Shown: positions 1 to 8,164 of the stretch, piece by piece
Layout of the letters: every line of letters starts with the position of its first letter
Position numbering within the stretch: the first letter of the stretch is position 1
Virus record (IMG/VR): IMGVR_UViG_3300013233_000093
Span: 62,001 to 126,000 of that record
Strand: one strand, 5' to 3'
Length of the DNA: 64,000 nucleotides
Notes under the pieces: generated by a model
Seen by the model: the letters and a program-made list of their open reading frames with translations, nothing else
What the model was told of the DNA's origin: nothing
The model's database searches: none
Program-made: the position numbers and the translations under genes

Positions 1-52
1 AAATGAGGAACAATCGTTTGATTCTGGTTATGACCCGGACTATGAACTGTGA
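1..52 (+). CDS. 3' end of an upstream gene (…NEEQSFDSGYDPDYEL*), truncated by the window edge
   Basis: Open frame from position 2 ends at TGA 50-52, overlapping the GTG start of the next ORF (GTGA coupling). Confidence 0.5.
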   Translation, partial: NEEQSFDSGYDPDYEL

Positions 53-432
53 TCCCGCACGGATGGAGCAATCTATCCGGCATTGTCTTATCGGAGAGTT
101 CGGTATGGCATTTACAGGACATACTAGACGACAGTGAGTACGCACCGTTTGCAGAGTGGTTGTATCATGGGTTGTTCTCAGGGCTAGTGGGGTCAAGTGT
201 GGACGAGATGTATACGTACACCGCAGTAAACACACAGCCCGAAGAACTGGCAGAAATAATGGAGGACGAGAACATCTTATCGGTGATCTCTACCATCTCC
301 ACTAGGTTTGTCGCGTCTAGATCATTGCCGTGGACCACCACGGAGTTTGCACTTTATGGCCAGGTCACTGTACGCCTGCCAGGCAGCTTACTGCTAGAGT
401 GCGAATTACAACAAGCACACACGAGGTTTTAG
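49..432 (+). CDS. Hypothetical protein (127 aa)
   Basis: ORF track; translationally coupled to the previous stop; next ORF starts 2 nt after its stop. Confidence 0.6.
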   Translation: MIPHGWSNLSGIVLSESSVWHLQDILDDSEYAPFAEWLYHGLFSGLVGSSVDEMYTYTAVNTQPEELAEIMEDENILSVISTISTRFVASRSLPWTTTEFALYGQVTVRLPGSLLLECELQQAHTRF

Positions 433-434
433 TC

Positions 435-911
435 ATGATGCCACCGGCTGGTGTTGTAGTAGAGCACAGGGGTGTACGAGAGGCCGTGACGTACATAAAC
501 AGCGTTATCTCACATGTCTCTAATGACTTTGAGGTGGACGAAGATGGAAACCGTACAGAGACCGTATGGACGTACAGCGGAGAAAGCTTACTGGTGGATA
601 TGTATAACCAGTTTATCGATCTACGTAGAATACCGCAAGTAGAAGAACTTGCTGATTTCATATACAGTAAGTCAGCATTACTACAGTCTCTTGAGCACCA
701 TGAAAGGATTGTAAGCAACACGGGCATGACTGTTCCTATGCTACCAGAGTCGAATCAATACGATGCGATCTTCTGGTTCTCGCAGTTCTTTCTAAACACC
801 TTTAACCCACGCATGCCTATCCTGGATGTATTCAGAAGACATGGCTTACGCTTAACAGATGTATTACTGCATGGCAATCATTCTATTGCATGCAGTCTAA
901 AGAGGATATGA
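435..911 (+). CDS. Hypothetical protein
   Basis: ORF 330..911; ATG at 435 directly follows the preceding stop and is the likelier start. Confidence 0.6.
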   Translation: MMPPAGVVVEHRGVREAVTYINSVISHVSNDFEVDEDGNRTETVWTYSGESLLVDMYNQFIDLRRIPQVEELADFIYSKSALLQSLEHHERIVSNTGMTVPMLPESNQYDAIFWFSQFFLNTFNPRMPILDVFRRHGLRLTDVLLHGNHSIACSLKRI

Positions 912-915
912 TAAA

Positions 916-1335
916 ATGAGCACGAAAGATTTAGTACCCGGCGATACAGTAAACTTCGTAACCTATGCACCCATCGGCGGTAGAACGTCTATAAGTGGCA
1001 TTGTCCAAGGCGTTACGCTACCGGGTGGATTGCCACCTAATAACACAGCAGCAGCGGATCACGTTAATGTGTACCGTGAGTTACCTGAAGTAGTGACGTC
1101 TGTCACACGCGATGCGTTTGATTCGTACAGCTATCTGGTCGTGGCCACATCTGCGGGAGAGATCTTGCATATTGGCTTACCATGGATAGTGGAGGCGACC
1201 TTGCAGGTTAATGTGCAACGGACTGCCACCATCACAATACAGCCGCTGTTGGAACACACCGAAGAGGATCTTAGAAAGATCCTTACTTTAAACGGCATTA
1301 CTGAAGGCGTGCATATCGCCATTCAAGAAGGATGA
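916..1335 (+). CDS. Conserved jumbo-phage hypothetical protein (SH3-like, beta-rich N-terminus)
   Basis: AGAGGA SD; LVPGDTVNF start and IGLPWI motif resemble the small gene upstream of DNA polymerase in phiKZ-like phages (from memory). Confidence 0.65.
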   Translation: MSTKDLVPGDTVNFVTYAPIGGRTSISGIVQGVTLPGGLPPNNTAAADHVNVYRELPEVVTSVTRDAFDSYSYLVVATSAGEILHIGLPWIVEATLQVNVQRTATITIQPLLEHTEEDLRKILTLNGITEGVHIAIQEG

Positions 1336-1339
1336 TGAA

Positions 1340-2146
1340 ATGAGAAAGTTACGTTTTGAAGAGACCCGTCATCGGGAGATCGGCGCATACATGCCATACA
1401 CTGATGCAATCATCGTGTTTGGTCGCATCGGATGTACCCTGAAACTCACCGAGGATTTAGAATACGGTGAAAGTGAACTGACCATCATATCAGAGCACGG
1501 CTTAGCGTCTACCAGACGATTCAACCCAGAACGTTGTCCAGAGGGTTATGTACCATCGTCTAACTTCACGGATGATGGCAAGTTTATGTTATCGTTCTCA
1601 GACAGCGGTAATTCCATAAGCCTACATCGTGTAAAGGTATCACAACCAGAGACATTGCATTTTAGCGAGTGTCTGGCCAGATACTACATTAAGGATATGG
1701 GAGATCCATTGACTTGGGATATGTGCGAAGACTTCGCTAATATCGTATACGACGCAATCCATCGTAACACACAGGCATCGGATGTCGTGGATATGTTTTC
1801 CGTGCCAGTAGACAAGCGTCGTAACGTAGATGCTTATCGCATAGACTGTCGGGTAAACAATCGCACAGAACGCGTGCAGCATGTGTTGTTCTATGATAAC
1901 AAGTTTATCTGGAGCACCGATGCAAACAGCGAGATAACTCGTCGCTATGCCATCCATGATAACACTGTGGTTTCTACGATCATTCCGCCAGTGGGTAATC
2001 GCAGTTGTGCACGGATGAGCAGTGTTACATTACACGAAGGCGCTGTAAGTGAACTGATGTGGCGCAAGCCCATCTTTGAACTTACACGAGATATGATGTC
2101 TGCACGAGTCACCGCACATCACCTGCTTAATAAGGCGTTTGAGTAG
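1340..2146 (+). CDS. Hypothetical protein (268 aa)
   Basis: Long ORF with AAGGA SD, followed by a long hairpin. Confidence 0.75.
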   Translation: MRKLRFEETRHREIGAYMPYTDAIIVFGRIGCTLKLTEDLEYGESELTIISEHGLASTRRFNPERCPEGYVPSSNFTDDGKFMLSFSDSGNSISLHRVKVSQPETLHFSECLARYYIKDMGDPLTWDMCEDFANIVYDAIHRNTQASDVVDMFSVPVDKRRNVDAYRIDCRVNNRTERVQHVLFYDNKFIWSTDANSEITRRYAIHDNTVVSTIIPPVGNRSCARMSSVTLHEGAVSELMWRKPIFELTRDMMSARVTAHHLLNKAFE

Positions 2147-2149
2147 ACT

Positions 2150-2184
2150 GTCTATACAGTACCGCACTGCGGTACTGTATAGAC
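2150..2184. terminator. Perfect 17-bp inverted repeat followed by TTATGTC and a T-rich tract
   Basis: gtctatacagtaccgca-c-tgcggtactgtatagac. Confidence 0.75.
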
Positions 2185-2198
2185 TTATGTCTTCTTTT

Positions 2199-2318
2199 CT
2201 CTATTTCTGTGTTCGTCGTAATTATCGGTCTATATTACTTTAGTGATACTTAGGTAATAATACTTAGGTGCACTGTTATAACTAATAGATCTCTAATATG
2301 AGATCAAAGGATTTAAAG
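2199..2318 (+). repeat. Type-A cassette leader, copy 1 (TATATTAC early-promoter core at 2231-2238, two leader hairpins, SD)
   Basis: Near-identical to 36423-36542 and 59423-59537; TATATTAC matches the phiKZ early promoter motif. Confidence 0.9.
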
Positions 2319-2576
2319 ATGAAACTGATTAAAGAATTCTCGTTTGGCGATAAATTTTGCTATAACCACGAGACCGGCTCTGTCGAAGTCCTCGACTTCG
2401 ACAACGAGGTGCTGGCTGAGGTTAAGTTCCCAGCAGATCCATTGATAACCACCATCGAGGTGGTGTCCCCGGGCACGCGGATCATTAAGGGGGTCATTCA
2501 CAGCGATCCATACTGGCTGTGCGTACCAAACCCAGGCGAAAACGCCGGGGAGGGGATATACGAGCTACCGACATAG
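2319..2576 (+). CDS. Small early protein, MKL(I/V)K…IYE family (85 aa)
   Basis: AAAGGA SD before ATG 2319; same start context as the paralogous cassettes. Confidence 0.8.
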   Translation: MKLIKEFSFGDKFCYNHETGSVEVLDFDNEVLAEVKFPADPLITTIEVVSPGTRIIKGVIHSDPYWLCVPNPGENAGEGIYELPT

Positions 2577-2587
2577 CTCGTATATCC

Positions 2588-2620
2588 CCTCCCCCTTCGG
2601 GGGAGGTTTTCTTTTTTTTT
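2588..2620 (+). terminator. Intrinsic terminator of cassette 1
   Basis: cctccccc-ttc-gggggagg followed by a long T tract; near-identical in cassettes 2 and 3. Confidence 0.85.
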
Positions 2621-2664
2621 TCAGTCCATGAGGTATTGCATGTACTAGACAGGAGTGATAAGAA

Positions 2665-4854
2665 ATGAATGTAAATCCGTTTATAAGAGAAGCCAAAGAG
2701 TATGTACGCACGCTGGACATCGTCGGTGAATACGTAAAAAACCAAACCACGTACATCTCCACGGTTACAGGAGATGCACCAGAGAAAGTAGAGTCTTTCG
2801 TAAAGGAACACATCGAACCTAAGTCCCCCATGATGCGTGTGTTGAAAAAGATACCTGGAGGCGATCGCGTAAAGGCCACTCAAGATCTTACTTCGTTCTT
2901 AAGTGAGGCAGATCACACAGGACGTTTTGTAAGCCCCAGTCTCGTGATGTATGAAAACCCTAAAAAGGAAGTCAGCTTCATCTCAAAGTTTGCACAGCAA
3001 GGCATGGATGCTCGTGACATACTTAAGGATAAAATGAAAGACGCTCGTGCTAACAAGGATAAAGAAAAGACCACGTTCTATCATAATGCACAGTGGTCTA
3101 AAAAGATCCTGAATAACATCATCTCCGGTGCAGGATCGTCGCCTTATAATCCCATCTACAATGCCAGTACACACACCACGTTGACATCCACGTGTCGTTG
3201 TGCTACTTCTTATTCCAACGCCACATGTGAGAAGTTCCTGGCGGGTAATCGTCATTACTACAATGAAGAGATTACTTTGTCAGACATGGCGGGACTTATT
3301 CGTATTACTGATTTAGTAAAGCTGGAGGCAGCTATGACTAAATACAAGTTGGATTATCCCACTCCAGAGTTCTTATATGGACACATTGTAAGATCTGTAC
3401 GTAAGTATTGGCGTAGAGCGGATGACAATTACGCAACTGTAAAAGAGTTCATCTTTGCGATGTCTCCTATTCAGAGAGCGGCAGTGGCATTTGTGAGTGA
3501 CTTGGAAGCACTATACCAAGTAAACCCTAAGTTCGTAGCTACAATGTTTAACACCATGTCTACGCCCACGACACACGAAGTCAAAGATCCTGACAAGTAT
3601 GTAAAGGCAATGAACGAAGAGATGGTAAGTCACGTAGGCTTGGTAATGAAACGCGTAGTAAACCATCGTAGGATCTTTAAGTTCAAACAAGAAGATCCTA
3701 AAGGGTACGCGCAATACGCAGGTTTTGCCGAGCACATGTTTAAAGCCTTGGATTACTACGGAGACTTTATACGTGCCACGCTGGTGACCGACTCATTGCC
3801 ATCGGGTATATATGCGTATCTGTTTTCGTTGCGTGATGTAGTGGTGGTGTCTGATACCGATTCCACGATCTTCACTACGGACGACTGGGTACAGCGTTTA
3901 GGTGACGGTTCTTCCTTTAGTGACCTAGGCGTATCCGTAGGCGCCACAGCTACGTTCTTGTTCTCATCTCATTTAGCACATAACCTGGCGCTGTTATCCA
4001 GACACTTAGGTGTACAAGATGATAAACTCTTTATGCTTACTATGAAAGGTGAGTTTTATCAGCCTGTGTTGGGCGTGACCAGTATGACCAAGCATTACTT
4101 CTCTTACACAGGAGCTTGTGAAGGCGATGTCTACGAGAAGTACGCGTTTGACGTCAAGGGTGTAAATCTTAAGAACTCTACACATCCTAAGGAGCTAACT
4201 GAGGGCAATGCTGCGTATATTAGACTGCTGATGGATGCAGTAGTGGAAGAACGCAAACTGAGTATGCTGGAGATCATGGAACTACCCATGCTAGCCGCTA
4301 ATAAGGTACGCCAGTCGCTGCTTGCGGGAGAAACGAAATATCTAACAGGACGTGAGGTAAAGCCCGCCACCGCGTACAAGAATCCAGACTCGTCCGTCTT
4401 TATACAGAAGAAGCTCTGGGATACCGTGTACGGCAAGGAACTTGGTCTAGCCGATACACCTCCTTATCGTGTGGTAAAGGTACCGCTGGTATTTGGACCT
4501 AGTAAAGCTAAGTTCGAATCGTGGCTACTTACACTACCCGATGAAAAGCAAGAGTTGTTCCGCAAGGCGTTGTCGCAAGCAGGCAAGACCTCCCTTACTT
4601 CGATATACCCACCACATGCAGTGGTAAACGGAGTGGGTGTGCCAAAAGAGTTGGTGTCTGTAATGGATATTGGTAAGTATGAATGCGAACTCATGACGGG
4701 CTATCTATCCGTGCTAGAGACCATTGGCATATTCATACGCAATAACAAGAATACACGTCTGTTGTCACAGGAGTTAAACTGGCAGACGTTTGTGGATAAC
4801 GGCAGTAAGCAATGGAACTTCATGGATCCTAAATTACAACTAGAGGCGGTGTAA
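2665..4854 (+). CDS. Split family-B DNA polymerase, subunit carrying motifs B and C (phiKZ gp50-like)
   Basis: KKILNNIISG (motif B-like), VVSDTDSTIF (motif C), TKHY and KGV; no exonuclease or motif A in this ORF. Confidence 0.88.
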   Translation: MNVNPFIREAKEYVRTLDIVGEYVKNQTTYISTVTGDAPEKVESFVKEHIEPKSPMMRVLKKIPGGDRVKATQDLTSFLSEADHTGRFVSPSLVMYENPKKEVSFISKFAQQGMDARDILKDKMKDARANKDKEKTTFYHNAQWSKKILNNIISGAGSSPYNPIYNASTHTTLTSTCRCATSYSNATCEKFLAGNRHYYNEEITLSDMAGLIRITDLVKLEAAMTKYKLDYPTPEFLYGHIVRSVRKYWRRADDNYATVKEFIFAMSPIQRAAVAFVSDLEALYQVNPKFVATMFNTMSTPTTHEVKDPDKYVKAMNEEMVSHVGLVMKRVVNHRRIFKFKQEDPKGYAQYAGFAEHMFKALDYYGDFIRATLVTDSLPSGIYAYLFSLRDVVVVSDTDSTIFTTDDWVQRLGDGSSFSDLGVSVGATATFLFSSHLAHNLALLSRHLGVQDDKLFMLTMKGEFYQPVLGVTSMTKHYFSYTGACEGDVYEKYAFDVKGVNLKNSTHPKELTEGNAAYIRLLMDAVVEERKLSMLEIMELPMLAANKVRQSLLAGETKYLTGREVKPATAYKNPDSSVFIQKKLWDTVYGKELGLADTPPYRVVKVPLVFGPSKAKFESWLLTLPDEKQELFRKALSQAGKTSLTSIYPPHAVVNGVGVPKELVSVMDIGKYECELMTGYLSVLETIGIFIRNNKNTRLLSQELNWQTFVDNGSKQWNFMDPKLQLEAV

Positions 4855-4860
4855 CTAAAT

Positions 4861-4908
4861 CACATACAGATCAGCTCCGTAAGGAGCTGATCTTATGTCG
4901 TATATTAC
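4861..4908 (+). repeat. 48-bp hairpin-TATG element upstream of head paralogue, copy 1
   Basis: cacatacagatcagctccgtaaggagctgatcttatgtcgtatattac; also at 6559-6606 and 29434-29481. Confidence 0.9.
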
Positions 4909-4925
4909 ATTTAGAGGATAGTAAG

Positions 4926-6527
4926 ATGGATAGTCGTGTGGTGGGTGAGTTGGAGTATGCTGAGTTGGTGTTGGATGGGGTGCTTAGTGGTCGTGTTATT
5001 AAGATCTATGAGGAGTCTGATAGTATTGCCGGTATGCTTTGCCTAGACAAAGACCGTGTGAAGTGGGTGTCTGGCGATAGCATCGCTGCAGACACTGTAG
5101 CAGGCATGCAGTTTATAGGACGTGCTTTTAAGGCTGTGTGGCGGCTCATAGTCCGTGCAGTCATGGCGGTAGTAAGTGGTCTTAAAAGACTCTGGGAGTG
5201 GCTTACCGGAGGCAAGGGCAGTACTAACCCTGATACTCCTGGTGCTACTTATCAGGATACACCTACTCCAGTAGGAGGTAAGATAGGTAAGCAAATGGCT
5301 CGTGAGGATAAGGCCGTCGTAGAGACTGCACTCATCGTAGCAGAGCTAGAAGAGAAGGGCGTAGATATAGAAAAGGCAGTAAGCGAAGTCACTCCTGAGA
5401 TGTTAGAAGCAGCACATCGCGAGAATAATACTCGGGACGAAGCACGGATATCTAAAATAGAGAAGGACGCGGAGGACGCTGAGGAGTTCAACAAGCGTGA
5501 GCGCGAAAGGTTAGACGGCATCACATCAAGGTTTAACGCAACCGCCAAGCAAGAAGCCGCTAATAAAAAGGAAGCCGAACGCATCGCAGCAGCAGATAAG
5601 GAGGTGAGGGAACGCGCAGCAGCAAGGGACGATGCAAGGATTAACGTATTGCGTAAACAACGCAGCGGGTTCACTCGTATAAAGATCACCAATGCCATAC
5701 GCGCCGCATACGCAGAAGAAGTTGGAAAAATCGAGAATAACGCAATCTTAACTTCCGGCGGCATAGACAAAGATAAAATGCGAAGAGCTGTGTATAAGGC
5801 GGCGTCAGGAAGCCAAAACATAAGCCGTATAGATCTAGCTGACTTGCGTTTTAATATTAAAGAAGTCGCTACAAACGGGCCGTCTACCGAGCGGACAAAG
5901 AGGGATGTTGGAGATGCATATAAACGCCTTATTGCTAAAGTTGTACTGCGTACAACCGAGAACGTGTACGAGATTTTTAATATGCCGGAGGGCTACGCGA
6001 GCGCGTTAATCGACGGCATGGTTGATGGCGTGGATGAAGATGAACTGGGCGGTGCGTTAGTATCACCCGACACCGGCGGGGGTAGAGTATTTACACTGAC
6101 CATGGGACGTACGGGCAAGCACACACCGAAGTTTACACTAGCCGTCACCTCACCCAGTACTCCGCCTACGTTGGAACACCTCGACATACCAGGCTTTAGC
6201 GCGGTCAGTGAGGAAATGCAGGAATATCACGAACATGTTTCCAAAACGTCTAAGGCATTCGAGCCGGCGCAAAAGCAAATCCTCGCTAAAATAAAGAAAG
6301 CGCTTAGAGTGCTGGACGAAGAAGCTTCTGCGTACAAGGATCATCCAGACGTGGAAAACATCCACTCCGTTATAGAATCCATAGGAAACGAGTATGCAAA
6401 CGTAACCAAGGCATTAAAGTTTGTAACGCATATCCTGAACGGTTACCAAGATGCGTACACATCCAGAGCCACATTGGCTAGGGAAATCGTGGGATTAGTA
6501 ATAAATAGCCCATCCCGGGAGAAGTAA
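4926..6527 (+). CDS. Inner-head/inner-body paralogue family protein with conserved leader (533 aa)
   Basis: Propeptide ending TVAGMQ, then amphipathic FIGRAFKAVWRLIV…LWEWLTGG helix as in the phiKZ gp93-type family; paralogous to 6622 and 29497. Confidence 0.7.
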   Translation: MDSRVVGELEYAELVLDGVLSGRVIKIYEESDSIAGMLCLDKDRVKWVSGDSIAADTVAGMQFIGRAFKAVWRLIVRAVMAVVSGLKRLWEWLTGGKGSTNPDTPGATYQDTPTPVGGKIGKQMAREDKAVVETALIVAELEEKGVDIEKAVSEVTPEMLEAAHRENNTRDEARISKIEKDAEDAEEFNKRERERLDGITSRFNATAKQEAANKKEAERIAAADKEVRERAAARDDARINVLRKQRSGFTRIKITNAIRAAYAEEVGKIENNAILTSGGIDKDKMRRAVYKAASGSQNISRIDLADLRFNIKEVATNGPSTERTKRDVGDAYKRLIAKVVLRTTENVYEIFNMPEGYASALIDGMVDGVDEDELGGALVSPDTGGGRVFTLTMGRTGKHTPKFTLAVTSPSTPPTLEHLDIPGFSAVSEEMQEYHEHVSKTSKAFEPAQKQILAKIKKALRVLDEEASAYKDHPDVENIHSVIESIGNEYANVTKALKFVTHILNGYQDAYTSRATLAREIVGLVINSPSREK

Positions 6528-6558
6528 CGCGAATGTACGTGGCTTCGCTTAACTAAAT

Positions 6559-6606
6559 CACATACAGATCAGCTCCTTAAGGAGCTGATTTTATGTCGTA
6601 TATTAC
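6559..6606 (+). repeat. 48-bp hairpin-TATG element, copy 2
   Basis: Two mismatches relative to copy 1. Confidence 0.9.
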
Positions 6607-6621
6607 TTAGAGGACAACAAG

Positions 6622-8121
6622 ATGGATGTGTATGGTGAGTTGGAGTATGCTGAGTTGGTGTTGGATGGTGTGTTGAGTGGTAGGGTGAGTCAGATCTATG
6701 AGGAGTCTGATACTATTGCTGGTATGATGGGTATGTGTGGTGATAGAGTGGAGTGGGTGTCTGGCGACTCCATAGGCGCAGACACTGTAGCAGGCATGCA
6801 GTTTATAGGTAAGGCAATCGGGGCAGTTTGGAACTTGATCTGGAACGCCATTAGCGCAGTGCTGATAGCTATAGCTAAATTATTCATTTGGTTGTTTACA
6901 GGCGGCAGTCCTGGTAAATCGGGTATAGCGGGCACGATCTATGAAAAGAAGATCACGCCCGCAGGTGGCTGGTTTGGCAAGCGGCAGGTGAAAGAAGATT
7001 ACCATGCGTTACGCATGCGACGACTAGCCGAGCACTCAGTGGCCGTAAATAACCTTACAGCAAGTCTTATTGAACCGGGTAATGCGATAAAGAAGGAACT
7101 CGCTTCTGCGAATGAACTGATTAAACAGCTAGACAAGATTAAGAAAGATCAAGATGCTGACAATAAGACGCTTGACAAGATGACCGACGATATGAAAGCC
7201 TTGCTTAAAGCCCAGGCCGACGAAAAGAAAGATATAGTTTCAGGCAAGACGGTAGCTGTTAACACACCCGCGAAGTCTGATTTCTCAGCCACCATTAAGG
7301 TTACCGATGAGTTGCGCGAAGCGTTCAAGTCGGATTTCGAATACTTGGATAAACATGCAGTGGCCAATAAGGGCACTGTAAGACCAGAAGAAAACCGCAA
7401 GGTAATGCATGACCTCACAGGATTTTCAAAGAAGGCACTGACTGCCGCAGGGGCATTAAAGGACATTCCAAAAGACTTTGACCGCATTATAAAATCCATC
7501 GAGGCTAAGAAATTCGAGAGTGCCGGTAAAGATCAAAAGGCGTTGGTTGATAAGGTGTCTTCTGTGTCAACTGGCATTGCTAACGCAGTCGGACTTGACC
7601 TCGATAATGCAGGTGAGATAGCCCGGTACGCGGATAAACGTGGGGGTTTGTCAAGCACAGATCTAGGTGGCGGCAAGTTTGTGCGGGTGTCTAGCGAAGA
7701 AATAAAAGCCATTCCCGGTCTTTATACATTCAGCGTTAGTGTCATAGAACCCAAAGACATCATCAAAGTAAAACAGCTGATAATCGAAAAGGGCGACTTT
7801 GACGAAGATGTAATAAGCAAGCGTCATCAAGATATGGCGAAGGATTTAAAGATCCACGCAGATGGCTTTGAAGCAGTTAAAAAGCTCGTTAAGGAAACTA
7901 ACGATAAGCTGACCGCTTACACAAAGGGCATGGAAAAAGACGGAGACGTTCCGCTTAGCCCTCTTTTACGTGCAGTCGGTAATAACGTCAAGGAGTACGT
8001 TAACACATACCCTAAGTTATCCAAGGTACTTACTCAGATAACGACGGCAATGCAGCACGATGGAAACATTAAACTTGGTTTACTGTCCGCCATAGCGGCA
8101 GATGGTAAGAAGGATAAATAA
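6622..8121 (+). CDS. Inner-head paralogue family protein (499 aa)
   Basis: GELEYAELVLDGVLSGRV…DTVAGMQFIG leader shared with 4926 and 29497. Confidence 0.7.
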   Translation: MDVYGELEYAELVLDGVLSGRVSQIYEESDTIAGMMGMCGDRVEWVSGDSIGADTVAGMQFIGKAIGAVWNLIWNAISAVLIAIAKLFIWLFTGGSPGKSGIAGTIYEKKITPAGGWFGKRQVKEDYHALRMRRLAEHSVAVNNLTASLIEPGNAIKKELASANELIKQLDKIKKDQDADNKTLDKMTDDMKALLKAQADEKKDIVSGKTVAVNTPAKSDFSATIKVTDELREAFKSDFEYLDKHAVANKGTVRPEENRKVMHDLTGFSKKALTAAGALKDIPKDFDRIIKSIEAKKFESAGKDQKALVDKVSSVSTGIANAVGLDLDNAGEIARYADKRGGLSSTDLGGGKFVRVSSEEIKAIPGLYTFSVSVIEPKDIIKVKQLIIEKGDFDEDVISKRHQDMAKDLKIHADGFEAVKKLVKETNDKLTAYTKGMEKDGDVPLSPLLRAVGNNVKEYVNTYPKLSKVLTQITTAMQHDGNIKLGLLSAIAADGKKDK

Positions 8122-8123
8122 AG

Positions 8124-8157
8124 GCATAAGACAGGTCCGGCTGGACCTGTCTTATGC
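8124..8157. terminator. 15-bp GCATA…TATGC hairpin between convergent genes
   Basis: gcataagacaggtcc-ggct-ggacctgtcttatgc. Confidence 0.75.
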
Positions 8158-8164
8158 TGTACAT

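Noticed and set aside
2245-2270. TACTTAGGT direct repeat as a mini-CRISPR or iteron array
   Set aside because: Only two units with a short fixed spacer, identical in all cassettes; better explained as a leader hairpin.
2574-2576. UAG readthrough or alternative genetic code, suggested by UAG inside hairpins and the E-to-Q motif
   Set aside because: Core genes are full length under the standard code and several end in TAG; Gln codons are ordinary CAA/CAG; a terminator follows immediately.
2547-2606. Stop-codon hairpins as integron attC sites
   Set aside because: No RYYYAAC/GTTRRRY core boxes or extrahelical-base pattern, and no integrase in the window.
4926-6527. Paralogues as a diversity-generating retroelement or polymorphic toxin system
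   Set aside because: No reverse transcriptase; differences are not adenine-specific; C-domains are distant homologues of each other; no immunity-like ORFs.
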